Assembly (NCBI GenBank): GCA_965238275.1
Contig: OZ250186.1
Span: 128,001-192,000 of the forward strand
DNA: 64,000 nucleotides
Direction of reading: 5' to 3'
Source of the DNA: Nitrosopumilus sp.
GTDB taxonomy: Archaea; Thermoproteota; Nitrososphaeria; Nitrososphaerales; Nitrosopumilaceae
The position numbers and the translations under genes are program-made. Under the pieces are notes generated by a model. The model saw only the letters and a program-made list of their open reading frames with translations. It searched no databases and was not told where the DNA came from. Shown piece by piece: positions 26,876 through 36,894 of this stretch. Every line of letters begins with the position of its first letter. Position 1 is the first letter of the stretch.

Positions 26876-27486
26876 TGGCCGCCCATCATCCTGACAAACT
26901 GAAGCTCGGTCCGCATCTGCATTACCGGATTGGTTGCCTTCTCGTGTCCGATGGTGGATGTCTTTGAGGAGCCGTAGTTGTGCCCGGGGTAGACAACCAG
27001 GCTGTCATCCATGACGTACAGGGTCTCAAAGAGCGCATGGTACAGATCCCGGGCACTGCCTCCGGGAAGATCCACGCGGCCGCAATTGCCTACAAACAGG
27101 GTATCGCCTGAGAAGATCTTACCGTCCCCGACCAGGCATATGCTGTCCTTGGAGTGGCCCGGGGTGTGTACCACCCTGAGCCGGGAGTTGCCAAACTCGA
27201 TATGATCACCGTCATTCACGGAGATGTCGTGGTCCAGCCCGGAGGCCTCGTGCTGTACAATCCTGGCCAGAGTTGACTCTGCCATTGCCCTGTTTCCCAG
27301 GGTATGATCAAAATGGTGGTGCGTATTTACAATGTACTGCACGGCAAGATCGTTGCGCTTTATGATGAGATCCAGCTCTGCCAGATCCCATGACGGATCA
27401 ATGACTACTGCCTTGCCGGTCTCCTCGTCCTCGACGACATAGGTAAAGTTCTGCATGCTGCCGACCGGAACCTGATGGACCTTCAC
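26872..27486 (-). CDS. MBL-fold metallohydrolase (glyoxalase II-like)
   Basis: THHHFDH, HTPGH, SGDTLF and PGH motifs; GTG start overlaps the upstream stop. Confidence 0.92.
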   Translation of the reverse strand: MKVHQVPVGSMQNFTYVVEDEETGKAVVIDPSWDLAELDLIIKRNDLAVQYIVNTHHHFDHTLGNRAMAESTLARIVQHEASGLDHDISVNDGDHIEFGNSRLRVVHTPGHSKDSICLVGDGKIFSGDTLFVGNCGRVDLPGGSARDLYHALFETLYVMDDSLVVYPGHNYGSSKTSTIGHEKATNPVMQMRTELQFVRMMGGQ

Positions 27487-28127
27487 AGGATGTCCTCCTC
27501 GGCCTCGGGCGGAATTCCAATCTTCTCGACGTGTACGGGGCCGGTCAGATCCCTCCTTTTTGGAATTCCCTGCTTCATCTTGTGAAAGGTCACTGTCATG
27601 TCGCATTTGACAGAGATGTTTGCGGTGCTGCCCGTCTGAGGATCCAATCCCGAGGGCACATCCACTGCAACCTTGTAGCATGTGGTCTGGTTGATGTGGT
27701 TTATTGCAGAGGAGTATGGTTCGCGAATCTCCCCGGATATTCCGGTGCCAAGAATTCCGTCAATCATGATATCCGGGGAGCGGGCGTAATCAGCCAGGTC
27801 TTGGAGCAGTTCCACAGACGGCATCTTTTCCAGGATGGACCAGTTCCACCGGCTCTCATCAGTCTTGATATCCTGCGGATCCCCCAAAAGCACCACGGAT
27901 ACCTTGGCCCCGCGGCCTGCAAGGTGCCTTGCCATGACCATGCCGTCTCCGCCGTTGTTTCCCAGTCCGGCAAGAACCAGCACGTTCTTGGACTCTACCG
28001 TACCAAACTGTTCCACCAGCCTTCGGACGGCAGCCGCGCCGGCGTTTTCCATCATGAATTTTTTCAGGAATCCCATGGCATGGCCCTTGTTTTCAATGGC
28101 ATACATCTGGCTTACGGTAATCTCCAT
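27483..28127 (-). CDS. nnrE: NAD(P)H-hydrate epimerase (YjeF N-terminal)
   Basis: MENAG, GNNGGDG, DGILGTG and AVDVPSG motifs. Confidence 0.93.
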   Translation of the reverse strand: MEITVSQMYAIENKGHAMGFLKKFMMENAGAAAVRRLVEQFGTVESKNVLVLAGLGNNGGDGMVMARHLAGRGAKVSVVLLGDPQDIKTDESRWNWSILEKMPSVELLQDLADYARSPDIMIDGILGTGISGEIREPYSSAINHINQTTCYKVAVDVPSGLDPQTGSTANISVKCDMTVTFHKMKQGIPKRRDLTGPVHVEKIGIPPEAEEDIL

Positions 28128-28178
28128 GATCTACTGGAACATTGGAACCAAAATAAGAGTTATGTGCATGAAATCCGG

Positions 28179-29828
28179 GTATGGACTCAGGTCGCCAAAC
28201 TGCGCTACGCTGCCACTGCGGGTACAGAAACCTTCTGATATTGTTCGGGTGGCTTGAATATGCTCCAGCCAGGATCCATGATGATGTTCTCGACTGCTTG
28301 GCGCGGGAAGATGCCCTGCTTGTGGCAGGTGCGCGCCACTGATATCAGCACCGAGAAGACCTCCCGCCCCTCGGGTTCGGACAGCTGGTGCCGCACGTTC
28401 CTGTGCAGCACCGCAGTGTCGCGTATCTCCAACTCTGCTGCGTTGTTATGCGGCGGCATGCCCGGATGCCTGAGGAACGTGAACATGCACGGGGCCGCGT
28501 TCTCAAGCGTCGTGCGGAAGTCGTGGGACTCCCCGTAGTCCGAGGCGATTTGGAGCACCGTCCTTTCCAGGTCCAGGCACTCGCCGGATCCGGCAGATTC
28601 TTTGTCCTTGACTGACCGGTACAGGGCAAGCAGCCTGCGGTAGCAGGCAAGATCGTTGCCGCCGTTCCTGATGGCGTACTCTTCTGCGGCGCGCAGCAGG
28701 TGCACCCAGCACCTCTGCTTGACTGGGAACATGTTGTAGACGGTGTACCCATCCACCACCACCGGCTTGCCAAGCAGCCGGGCAAAATGCGCGTTTATCA
28801 CGAGGGCCGCCCTGCTCGGGGCGGCCACCAGGTACGTGGCGTCCCCGGTGGTGACCAGCCACACGTACCCCTTCTTCCCGTTCCATCTTCATGTGGGACT
28901 CGTCAAACTGCACGAACGCGGCCTCGGCGATGTGGGCCAGTATGCCCTCGTACGCGCCCTTGAGGATCTTTTTGAGGGCCTTGCGTGCGTTCCATATGGC
29001 GTTTGGCGATATGCCAAACCCGTACAGCGCCTTGAAATAGTATGATACGGTGTAGTCCGTGCTCCTCTTGTCGTAGTACTCCTCCACAAACCCCAGGGCC
29101 TTGGGGCCAAGCGACATGCCGGGGATCGTGGGAGGCACGGCAGAGCTGACGTGATTGCACCTCTTGCACAACCCCTGTCCCACCAGGTACGCGACGCGCT
29201 CGATCCTCATGGCGCCGTCGTCGGGAAAATCATACACCATCTTGACAATGGACGGCATCCGGACCAGGTGTCCGCGTCCGCACTTTTCGCACCTGCACAC
29301 TGGCAGACTCTCGGTCCTCTCGGCCTTGTTCTTGTGCGAGGCGCCGGCGTGTCCTGCCGGCGGTCCCTTGCGGGTCTTGTCTCCGGCGCCTTCGCCTTCT
29401 GATTCAGGTCCGCCTTCCGATTCGGACTTTTCTCCTTCCTTGGGCCCGCTGCCATCGGACTCCATCTTGGCCTCCATGTCCATCCGCTTCCTGAATGCCG
29501 TGCGGTCCGAGTTGTACAACGAATATGTGGACGAGGACATGTTGGGGTTTTCGTACTTGCGGAGCCTCCTGCGGTATCCTGCATTCTCCAGGGTCAGGCG
29601 GTCGTTTTCAATCTCGAACAGCGTCACCTTCTTGGTGAGTTCGGCATTTGTCTTGTACATCGTTTTCTTAAACTTCTCGAACTCCGTCACTACCCTTGCC
29701 AGCTCCCTGCGTAGGAGCGATATCTCTGATTTGCTCACGTGGGTTCGCGGATTCCGAGATCAATAAATCGGCATGGTCTAATTTGATGCACAAGCGATTA
29801 AAATCTAGGCACGGACCTGAGTCCATAC
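28179..29828 (-). mobile_element. IS66-family element, single-ORF (ISBst12-like)
   Basis: Perfect 15-bp TIR GTATGGACTCAGGTC; 8-bp TSD AAATCCGG (28171-78 / 29829-36). Confidence 0.92.
28205..29738 (-). pseudogene. IS66 transposase with a 1-nt frameshift near 28884
   Basis: Coiled coil, CxxC fingers and FDES in one frame; YVWL, QRCWVH and NNAAE in the other. Removing one C gives MKMNGKKGYVW. Confidence 0.88.
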
Positions 29829-29899
29829 AAATCCGGCATATGGCGACTGCAGATCAATTAATTATGATAGTTATTTTATGCAATACCCATTCAAGATGA

Positions 29900-30380
29900 T
29901 GCCCGCTGGGAGGGCCGCTTTACCTCAACTGTTCCTTGTGGGGGGTGCCGTCGCGATTCATGAAGATGATGTGCACGGCCAGATCAGGCATCAGCCTGCA
30001 TCATCACCACCAGCAGCAGCGCCGGCTTCAAGATAGTTTATGCCGTCATTGCTCAAGTCGTCGATGTTTGCAACAGAGAAGCCGAACCGGCCTTCGCCGG
30101 CCAGATCAGACAAGCCGGTGGCGGTGGTGGGAGGAGAACCATCCATTGCGGTGACGGGTGTAAAATATTGATCATGGCCTGCCGCCTGAACAGTCACCCC
30201 ATAGGCGTTATTGTCATGCCCACTTATGATCTGGGATGCCAATGGTTCGTAGACGCCGGGTTCAGCATCATGCCCAACGGAGTCAATGTAGATGCCGACA
30301 GAACAGATTGCAAGTAGGGATAGGTGGACTGCAGATATGCGCATATAGGTAACAGTGGACGGTTTGCAATTATCGATCAT
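29900..30380 (-). pseudogene. Relic of a secreted FG-GAP (integrin-alpha-like) repeat protein
   Basis: Signal-like N-terminus, then FGFSVANIDDLSNDGINYLEAGA..GDDAG*, with AVHIIFMNRDGT following after the stop. Confidence 0.7.
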
Positions 30381-30775
30381 GTTATTGGGTGCTACATATA
30401 ATTATATAGCAATTGATAACGACTTGCGGTATGCCTTTGAATGACACATCTGTGTATTGTAACTTGATGCAGTACAGGTTCTGCGTCAGGCCGGAAGCAC
30501 GCAGGCTGCACGGTAACACCAGATGACGAGGCGCAAAGAATGCAACAGGCGTCATAATTGCAACAAGCCGTCAAAAAATAAACCATAATTTATTGTTGCT
30601 TTTTGCAGATGAATATTATTTTAGCGATAATTTTTTTTTTTTGGACATGTCAGGAATGTAAAAGTCAGGATGACAAAAACATTCCGAAAAAAAGGGGCCG
30701 GCGTAAAAAATACAGCATTTGCCGAGGGCTAAAAGGTAGGCATAAATACGAACAGGAAAAAAACAGGTCTGGCCG

Positions 30776-31285
30776 ATGTTCCTTGACAACGACAGACTCG
30801 TGGAGTTTCTTGAGCACATAGACGGCGAGCTCCGGTGCGGGGTTGTGCTTGCTGCAGTTGACGACACGGCAATGGTCCTTACAGGAATAAGGGCATTCAC
30901 CAAGAGCGTATGGTTTACCCTGCCAAGCAGGCACTATAGTGAATTCGTACGGGCAAAAAAGATCGTCAATCCAAGATTTTCCGTGGACGTTTTTCAGGAC
31001 GGGGCCGTATCCATAAACATCCTGCCTGCAGACTATCTGAGCCGCAGCAAAATTGTCAAGACGGATTTTAAAAATATTGAGCTGAGGGTGCTGCATCCGG
31101 TCGACCTGGTCATTACAAAAATTAGCAGGCGGGACTACGACGGACAGGACATACGGTCATGCATCAGGGCACATTCCATTGCGGCACAGGAGATTGAGGA
31201 TCGCGCAAAAGATGTAAATTATTTTGGCAGCGATGCGGTATTTACAAATAATTTAAGAGTGCTGCTGGCCGAATTTGGCAAATAG
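30776..31285 (+). CDS. DUF6036-like nucleotidyltransferase-fold protein, apparently degenerate
   Basis: FLE.ID.EL...V.L.AV..TAM.L.G.R..TK and LHPVDLVITKI.R....D motifs. Confidence 0.7.
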   Translation: MFLDNDRLVEFLEHIDGELRCGVVLAAVDDTAMVLTGIRAFTKSVWFTLPSRHYSEFVRAKKIVNPRFSVDVFQDGAVSINILPADYLSRSKIVKTDFKNIELRVLHPVDLVITKISRRDYDGQDIRSCIRAHSIAAQEIEDRAKDVNYFGSDAVFTNNLRVLLAEFGK

Positions 31286-31579
31286 TATGGCAGAATTGGC
31301 ACCGTCTGCAGTTTCCCCGTACAATCAGGGGATCACGGCAGGGAGCCATTAATCACGGAACCCAGGCGCACCGGCACCCGGGGCATACAAAGCATGGCGA
31401 TGGGGCCATGCCGGCAGGAGCTGTAAAATGCGTAATTTTGCAGACACGGCGCAAGCAATTTAACAAGGATTACAGCACAGCACACCGTTGTACAGACCCA
31501 AGTCATATCCGAAACAGCATATTCATCAAGGTGACCGAATCTACATTAGTGCAGAATCATGCAGGATGCCTGTTGCACA

Positions 31580-32194
31580 ATGACGACGCTGCAAAATGCC
31601 ATACCCGCACTTGGCAGGATTGAAAAACATCTGGAGAAGGTTCAGGACGCAAGGGAGTTTCTTTTGGGGAACACCAGGGGGGTGATCTCCCTGTGCAGCA
31701 AGGCGATAATTGCCATCCACAAGGGCGACTTTCAGGAGGGGCAGGAGGGTCTGAAGAAGGCAGATGCGCTGTTAGCCGAGTACAGAAAAAGGGCGACAGG
31801 GGAGCTCAGGAGGTACCTTATCACCCCCGAGCAGGAGCTTGTAGAGGCATCATGCCTTCTGGCCATAGCCCGGGGAAAAAAAATCCCCACGGACAAGAGC
31901 CTCAAGGTAATGCCAGAGTCATACGTGCTGGGCCTGCTGGACTGCGTCGGGGAGCTCAAGAGGATGATCCTGGACAGCATTCGGACCGGCAAGGTGGATG
32001 AGGCGGCCAGAATCTTTGTGATAATGGAGGAGATGTATCTTCACCTCTACACGTTTTCAATGTACGACAAGGTCCTCAGGGAGTCTCGAAGGAAGATAGA
32101 CGTCAACAGAATCCTAGTCGAGGATGTAAGGTCTGCCATAACAGAGGAGACCAGGCGTGCAGAACTAATCCGCGCCCTGCAGGAATCAGGTTAA
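31580..32194 (+). CDS. Translin-family protein
   Basis: RE.L....R, EQELVEA, YVLGLLDCVGELKR and RRKID motifs. Confidence 0.9.
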   Translation: MTTLQNAIPALGRIEKHLEKVQDAREFLLGNTRGVISLCSKAIIAIHKGDFQEGQEGLKKADALLAEYRKRATGELRRYLITPEQELVEASCLLAIARGKKIPTDKSLKVMPESYVLGLLDCVGELKRMILDSIRTGKVDEAARIFVIMEEMYLHLYTFSMYDKVLRESRRKIDVNRILVEDVRSAITEETRRAELIRALQESG

Positions 32195-32203
32195 TAGGGG
32201 TTA

Positions 32204-32288
32204 TGCGGGCGATGGGATTTGAACCCATGAACTCCTGAGAGACTAGCCCCTCAAGCTAGCGCCTTTGGCCAGGCTGGGCAACGCCCGC
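32204..32288 (-). tRNA. tRNA-Leu(GAG)
   Basis: Cloverleaf with GCGGGCG acceptor, CTAGC-TTGAGGG-GCTAG anticodon arm, long variable arm and GTTCAAATC T-loop. Confidence 0.96.
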
Positions 32289-32339
32289 AAGAGACGATCC
32301 TTGCATGGTTTTTATAATCCTTGGTTAATTCTCATGCGT

Positions 32340-32576
32340 ATGCTAGTTCCTGTCAGGTGTTTTACATGTGGAATGCTGATTGCTGACAAGTACGAGGATT
32401 ATCAGGACAGGGTAGGCAAGAGAGAGGATCCTGAGATAGTGCTTGACAGTCTGGGTATTGAGAGATACTGTTGCAGGAGGATGTTTCTGACTACTGTCGA
32501 GACCATTCGACAGGTGATTCCGTTTTACGAGGCAATTCAGAGAAGAAAACAGGAAGTCCAAGCAGAGCTAGAATAA
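32340..32576 (+). CDS. rpoN: RNA polymerase subunit N (Rpo10)
   Basis: PVRCFTCG...RYCCRRM. Confidence 0.97.
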   Translation: MLVPVRCFTCGMLIADKYEDYQDRVGKREDPEIVLDSLGIERYCCRRMFLTTVETIRQVIPFYEAIQRRKQEVQAELE

Positions 32577-32577
32577 C

Positions 32578-33816
32578 TTGGCCTGCATCACATCCGTGAA
32601 GGGACGTGTCCTGTACAACAGCAGGGGCAGCAAGACGGTAGAAGTTGATGTAGAATCAGACGGTAAGTTTCTGGGACGCGTATGCGCCCCGTCCGGCGCA
32701 AGCGTGGGAATACACGAGGCAGTCAGTTTTCCCAAGGGAGGCCCCGAGGAGGGCATCAGGATACTACACCACAACTCTGGGAGGTTTCTGGGACTGGATC
32801 CGTCAGACCCAAAGGCAGTCCATGATGCCCTCAAAGGCGTTGATGGCTCCAAGGATTACTCGGGTGTCGGCGGGGCGCTTGCGTTTGCCCTCACCATCGC
32901 ATCAGCAGAGTCTGCATCCCGGGCCGCAGGAGAGCCGCTGTTCAAGACCATATCCCCAGAATCATCATTCAGGCTTCCGTTCCCGCTTGGAAACATACTT
33001 GGCGGCGGGGCACATGCAGGGCCGGGCACGCCTGACATACAGGAGATCCTCGTATGTGCGACAGGCTCAAGGGACATACAAGGCGCCATAGAGACCAACC
33101 TGGCAGTCCACAGGGAGCTGCGCAACATTCTGGAGAAGAGGGATCCCGGCTTTACAAACGGAAGGGGCGATGAGGGAGGATGGGCCCCAAGAATGAACAA
33201 CGAGGAGGCGCTGGAATCTGCAGCAAAGGCGTGCGAGAACCTGGGATTCACCCTAGGAAGAGAGGTCTCGCTGGGCGTGGACTTTGCATCATCAACCCAG
33301 TGGAATCAGGACAGGGGGATGTACGTCTATGACAGGGCGGGCTTTGAGAATACCCCCGGAGAGCAGATAGACTTTGCATCAGACATCATAAGAAGGTACA
33401 AGCTTGTCTATGCAGAGGATGCAGTGCACGAGGAGGCCTTTGACGGCATGGCAGAGATCACCTCAAGATTTCCAGACGTCATGGTTACAGGCGATGACCT
33501 GACTGTGACCAACAGGGACATGGTCAAAAGGGCAGCAGAGATGGGAGCATGCAATGCTGCAATCCTGAAGGTAAACCAGGCAGGCACCCTGTATGACGCC
33601 CTGGAATTTGCAGACATGGCAGACAGGAACGGCATCAAACTGATCACCTCACACAGATCCGGAGAGTCGACTGACTGGCACATATCCCATATCGGCATAG
33701 CGACGGGTTCAAAGATGCTCAAGGTCGGGATAGTCGGCGGAGAGAGGGTCGCAAAGCTCAACGAGCTGCTGCGCCTCTCAGAGCATGATTTAATACAAGG
33801 CATGACAGAGATTTAA
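32578..33816 (+). CDS. eno: Enolase
   Basis: NSRG..TVEV, APSGAS, GDEGG, LKVNQAG and SHRSGE motifs. Confidence 0.96.
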   Translation: MACITSVKGRVLYNSRGSKTVEVDVESDGKFLGRVCAPSGASVGIHEAVSFPKGGPEEGIRILHHNSGRFLGLDPSDPKAVHDALKGVDGSKDYSGVGGALAFALTIASAESASRAAGEPLFKTISPESSFRLPFPLGNILGGGAHAGPGTPDIQEILVCATGSRDIQGAIETNLAVHRELRNILEKRDPGFTNGRGDEGGWAPRMNNEEALESAAKACENLGFTLGREVSLGVDFASSTQWNQDRGMYVYDRAGFENTPGEQIDFASDIIRRYKLVYAEDAVHEEAFDGMAEITSRFPDVMVTGDDLTVTNRDMVKRAAEMGACNAAILKVNQAGTLYDALEFADMADRNGIKLITSHRSGESTDWHISHIGIATGSKMLKVGIVGGERVAKLNELLRLSEHDLIQGMTEI

Positions 33817-33823
33817 AATCGTC

Positions 33824-34450
33824 ATGAGCCAGCAAGCAGAAGAAGTCACCGACATAAATATGAAGATCCGTAATACTGGCATAAGGGTCGGAACGCAGGT
33901 CAAGACAAAGTTCATGAGATCATTCATCACAAAGGCAAACCCGGAGGGGCTGTACATACTGGACATGGACATTACCATAAAGAAGATCAAGACTGCTGCC
34001 AAGTTTATCAACAGGCTGGGAACCGACAACTTGATCGTCTGTTCAGGCAGGCAGTACGCAGAGACGCCGGTGGAGAAGTTTTGCGAGGTTCACGGATCCA
34101 AAAAGATTCTTGGAAGATTCATGCCAGGAACGCTGACAAACCCGTCACTCCCATATTACATAGAGCCGAAGCTGGTCCTGATATCGGATCCGCAAGTTGA
34201 CGGGCAGGCAATCACAGAGGCTACAAACGCGGGAATTCCAGTTATCGGAGTTGCCAATACGGACAACATCACCTCAAACCTAGACGTGATAATACCTGCA
34301 AACAACAGGGGAAGAAAGGCGCTTGCCGCAGTCTACTGGATGCTGATGCGCCAGATTCTCATCGAGAGGGGCGAGCTTGGAGAGGACGATTCGACAGAGT
34401 ACGAGATTGACGACTTTGAGACCAAGATCATCGAAGGCGACAGCGAGTAA
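33824..34450 (+). CDS. rps2: 30S ribosomal protein S2
   Basis: GRFMPGTLTNP and IPANNRG motifs. Confidence 0.96.
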   Translation: MSQQAEEVTDINMKIRNTGIRVGTQVKTKFMRSFITKANPEGLYILDMDITIKKIKTAAKFINRLGTDNLIVCSGRQYAETPVEKFCEVHGSKKILGRFMPGTLTNPSLPYYIEPKLVLISDPQVDGQAITEATNAGIPVIGVANTDNITSNLDVIIPANNRGRKALAAVYWMLMRQILIERGELGEDDSTEYEIDDFETKIIEGDSE

Positions 34451-35402
34451 CATCCATGCAAAGTCCAGGGCGTCTGCCCCGGGAAAGATAATCCTGTTTG
34501 GAGAACATTTTGTGGTGTATGGGGTAGAAGCCATCCTGTGTGCCATAGACAGGAGGGCCACAGTTACAGCAGAGCAGACAGACGATAACATGATATCCAT
34601 AGAATCAGACATTGGCAGGATGTCATCCGAGCCGGGCAGGCATATCTCGGATGTCACCCCCGAGCTTCGGCCATTCTACCACATGGCAGACGTGAGGGGC
34701 GGCGGTGGCGGTGGCGGGATGCGCATCACGATAGAGTCGGAGATTCCGGTGGGGGTCGGGCTGGGCTCCTCGTCGGCATGCTGCGTGGCAGGGGCAGCTG
34801 CTGTCCTCGGACTCTCAGGCAGTGCCGGCAGGGAAGATATCCTGAGGCTTGCAGTGGAGGCAGAAAGGACCATCTTTGAGAACACGTCCGGGGCCGACTG
34901 CGCAGTCTGCACGTACGGGGGGATTGGCAGGTACGACAAGACCAGCGGCTTGGCCAGGCTGGATTCGGATACCGGCATCGACTTGGTAATTGCCGACTCG
35001 CAGACGATGCACTCGACTGATGCCGTGGTGGAGAGGGTGCGGGGATTCAGGGAGAACAACATGGGAGACTTTGCCAGAATGTGCGGCGAGGAGTCAGGAA
35101 TCATAGATGCAGTGCTTGGGATGCTCAAGGTAGGGGATGCCTGCGGGCTTGGCAAAATGGCAGCCAGAAACCAGAAACTGCTCCAGAGGATAGGCGTCTC
35201 AAATGATACGCTTGATAAGATGGTCCGCATAGGACAGGATTCCTCGTTTGGGGCAAAGATAACCGGCGCCGGGGACGGCGGGTGCGTCATCGCAATAACT
35301 GACGAGCAGGGCAGGGAGGAAGTCATGGAACGGTTCAGAAGGGACGGATACGAGTGCTTTGCTGCCAGAATCGACTGCACGGGACTGTCATACGGCGGCT
35401 AG
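34377..35402 (+). CDS. mvk: Mevalonate kinase (start codon uncertain)
   Basis: APGKIILFGEH, IPVGVGLGSSSA, SGAD and KITGAG.GG motifs. Confidence 0.92.
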   Translation: MERTIRQSTRLTTLRPRSSKATASNIHAKSRASAPGKIILFGEHFVVYGVEAILCAIDRRATVTAEQTDDNMISIESDIGRMSSEPGRHISDVTPELRPFYHMADVRGGGGGGGMRITIESEIPVGVGLGSSSACCVAGAAAVLGLSGSAGREDILRLAVEAERTIFENTSGADCAVCTYGGIGRYDKTSGLARLDSDTGIDLVIADSQTMHSTDAVVERVRGFRENNMGDFARMCGEESGIIDAVLGMLKVGDACGLGKMAARNQKLLQRIGVSNDTLDKMVRIGQDSSFGAKITGAGDGGCVIAITDEQGREEVMERFRRDGYECFAARIDCTGLSYGG

Positions 35403-35492
35403 GTACGCAGCGCCATTCATGACGAGGCCGGACGGGACCGCCCAAGAACCGAAACTGTATACTTTTTAATTGACCAGAAAGTTTGGAACGGT

Positions 35493-36251
35493 ATGATTCT
35501 GATAAAGCTTGGCGGCTCTGTAATTACCAACAAGTCAAGGCCGCTGTCTGCCAGAAGAAAGGCCATAGACAACATTGCAGCTGACGGCCTTGCAGGGATT
35601 GACGAGCCAATCACAGTGGTGCACGGCGGCGGCTCCTACGGGCACTACTGGTCTGTAAAATACGACATGCACACCAAGGAGAAGAGGTATGACGCCCACG
35701 GCGTCTCGGCTGTAAAGAACTCAATGATTCACCTGAACAGCATAATCGTGGACTCTATGCTAAAGAGCGGGTTGAACCCGTACAGCCTGCCGCCTACCGA
35801 CTTTATGGCAGGCGGCGCACCGGTCCCCGAAAAGATACTCGAGATTAAAAGGATTGCAGGGGCAGGATTCGCTCCGGTTACATACGGGGATGCCCTGTGG
35901 TGGGGCAAAAAGAAGACATACATCCTGTCAGGGGACAGAATAATGACACACCTGGCCCAGGCCCTCAGGCCCAGGCTCTGCATCTTTGCACTTGACGAGG
36001 ACGGCCTGTACACGGATCTCAAGTCAAAGCGCCTGATTCGCCAGATAGGCGATGCAGATGCCACGTTTGCGCCAAGCGGCGGCATGGACGTCACCGGCGG
36101 CATGTCAAGAAAGGTGCAGGAGGCCACCAGGATTGCGCAGGGCGGAACCGCCGTATTCCTGGTCAACGGGAACAAGCCAGAGAGGATCAAAGAAGCTGTT
36201 AAAAACAAGAAGTTTGAAGGGACATTGTTCAGAGGCAAGAGGAATGTCTGA
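35493..36251 (+). CDS. ipk: Isopentenyl phosphate kinase
   Basis: IKLGGSVITNK, VHGGGSYGH, SGD and DVTGGM motifs; mevalonate-pathway context. Confidence 0.92.
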   Translation: MILIKLGGSVITNKSRPLSARRKAIDNIAADGLAGIDEPITVVHGGGSYGHYWSVKYDMHTKEKRYDAHGVSAVKNSMIHLNSIIVDSMLKSGLNPYSLPPTDFMAGGAPVPEKILEIKRIAGAGFAPVTYGDALWWGKKKTYILSGDRIMTHLAQALRPRLCIFALDEDGLYTDLKSKRLIRQIGDADATFAPSGGMDVTGGMSRKVQEATRIAQGGTAVFLVNGNKPERIKEAVKNKKFEGTLFRGKRNV

Positions 36252-36894
36252 AGAGTTTGTAATTTTAGTGGATAAAGACGACAATCCCATAGGCACGGCA
36301 GAGAAGGTCAGGTGCCACATGCCAGACGGGTTGCTGCACCGGGCATTTACGGCGCTGCTGTTTGATGGGAGCGGCAGGCTGGTTCTGGGAAGGCGGGCAG
36401 ACACCAAGATGCTGTGGCCAGGCTACTGGGACGGAACCTTTGCAAGCCACCCGAGAGAGTCTGAGACGTACGTCCTGTCAGGCCAGAGGAGGATGCCTGA
36501 GGAGCTGGGGGCGGGTACGACGCTGGAGTACCTGCACAAATTCGAGTACCACGTGCCGTACCTGGATGTGGGCTCTGAAAACGAGATATGCGCCACCCTG
36601 ATCGGGGTAATTGACGATATAGACGGGCTTGCAGGGGCCAAGGACGAGATAGACCAGATAAGGGCAGTCTCCGCAGAGGCGCTGCTCTCGGAGATCGAGT
36701 CGGATCCGGGCACGTACTGCCCGTGGATGCTGATTGCACTTGACCTGCTTGACAGGTCAGACGGCGCAGCACTGGAAAGGCACGCAGGTATCCTGTCAGG
36801 ATGGACGGGTGATGAGACGCACGGTATACTGCGCAGGGCAATCAACACGCACCTGCCAGATGACAGATGGAGGCTTGTACATGAGGAGGCCTAG
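36244..36894 (+). CDS. idi: Isopentenyl-diphosphate delta-isomerase, type 1 (Nudix)
   Basis: LHRAF, WPGYW, SHP, EELG and ENEIC motifs. Confidence 0.92.
   Translation: MSEEFVILVDKDDNPIGTAEKVRCHMPDGLLHRAFTALLFDGSGRLVLGRRADTKMLWPGYWDGTFASHPRESETYVLSGQRRMPEELGAGTTLEYLHKFEYHVPYLDVGSENEICATLIGVIDDIDGLAGAKDEIDQIRAVSAEALLSEIESDPGTYCPWMLIALDLLDRSDGAALERHAGILSGWTGDETHGILRRAINTHLPDDRWRLVHEEA

Noticed and set aside
28880-28890. IS66 frameshift as programmed recoding
   Set aside because: No slippery run at the site and the other IS66 is uninterrupted; a simple indel or sequence error is more likely.
36244-36894. Type 1 IDI in an archaeon as a recent transfer
   Set aside because: It is embedded in the mvk-ipk-idi-GGPPS operon with host-like codons and is expected for this lineage.
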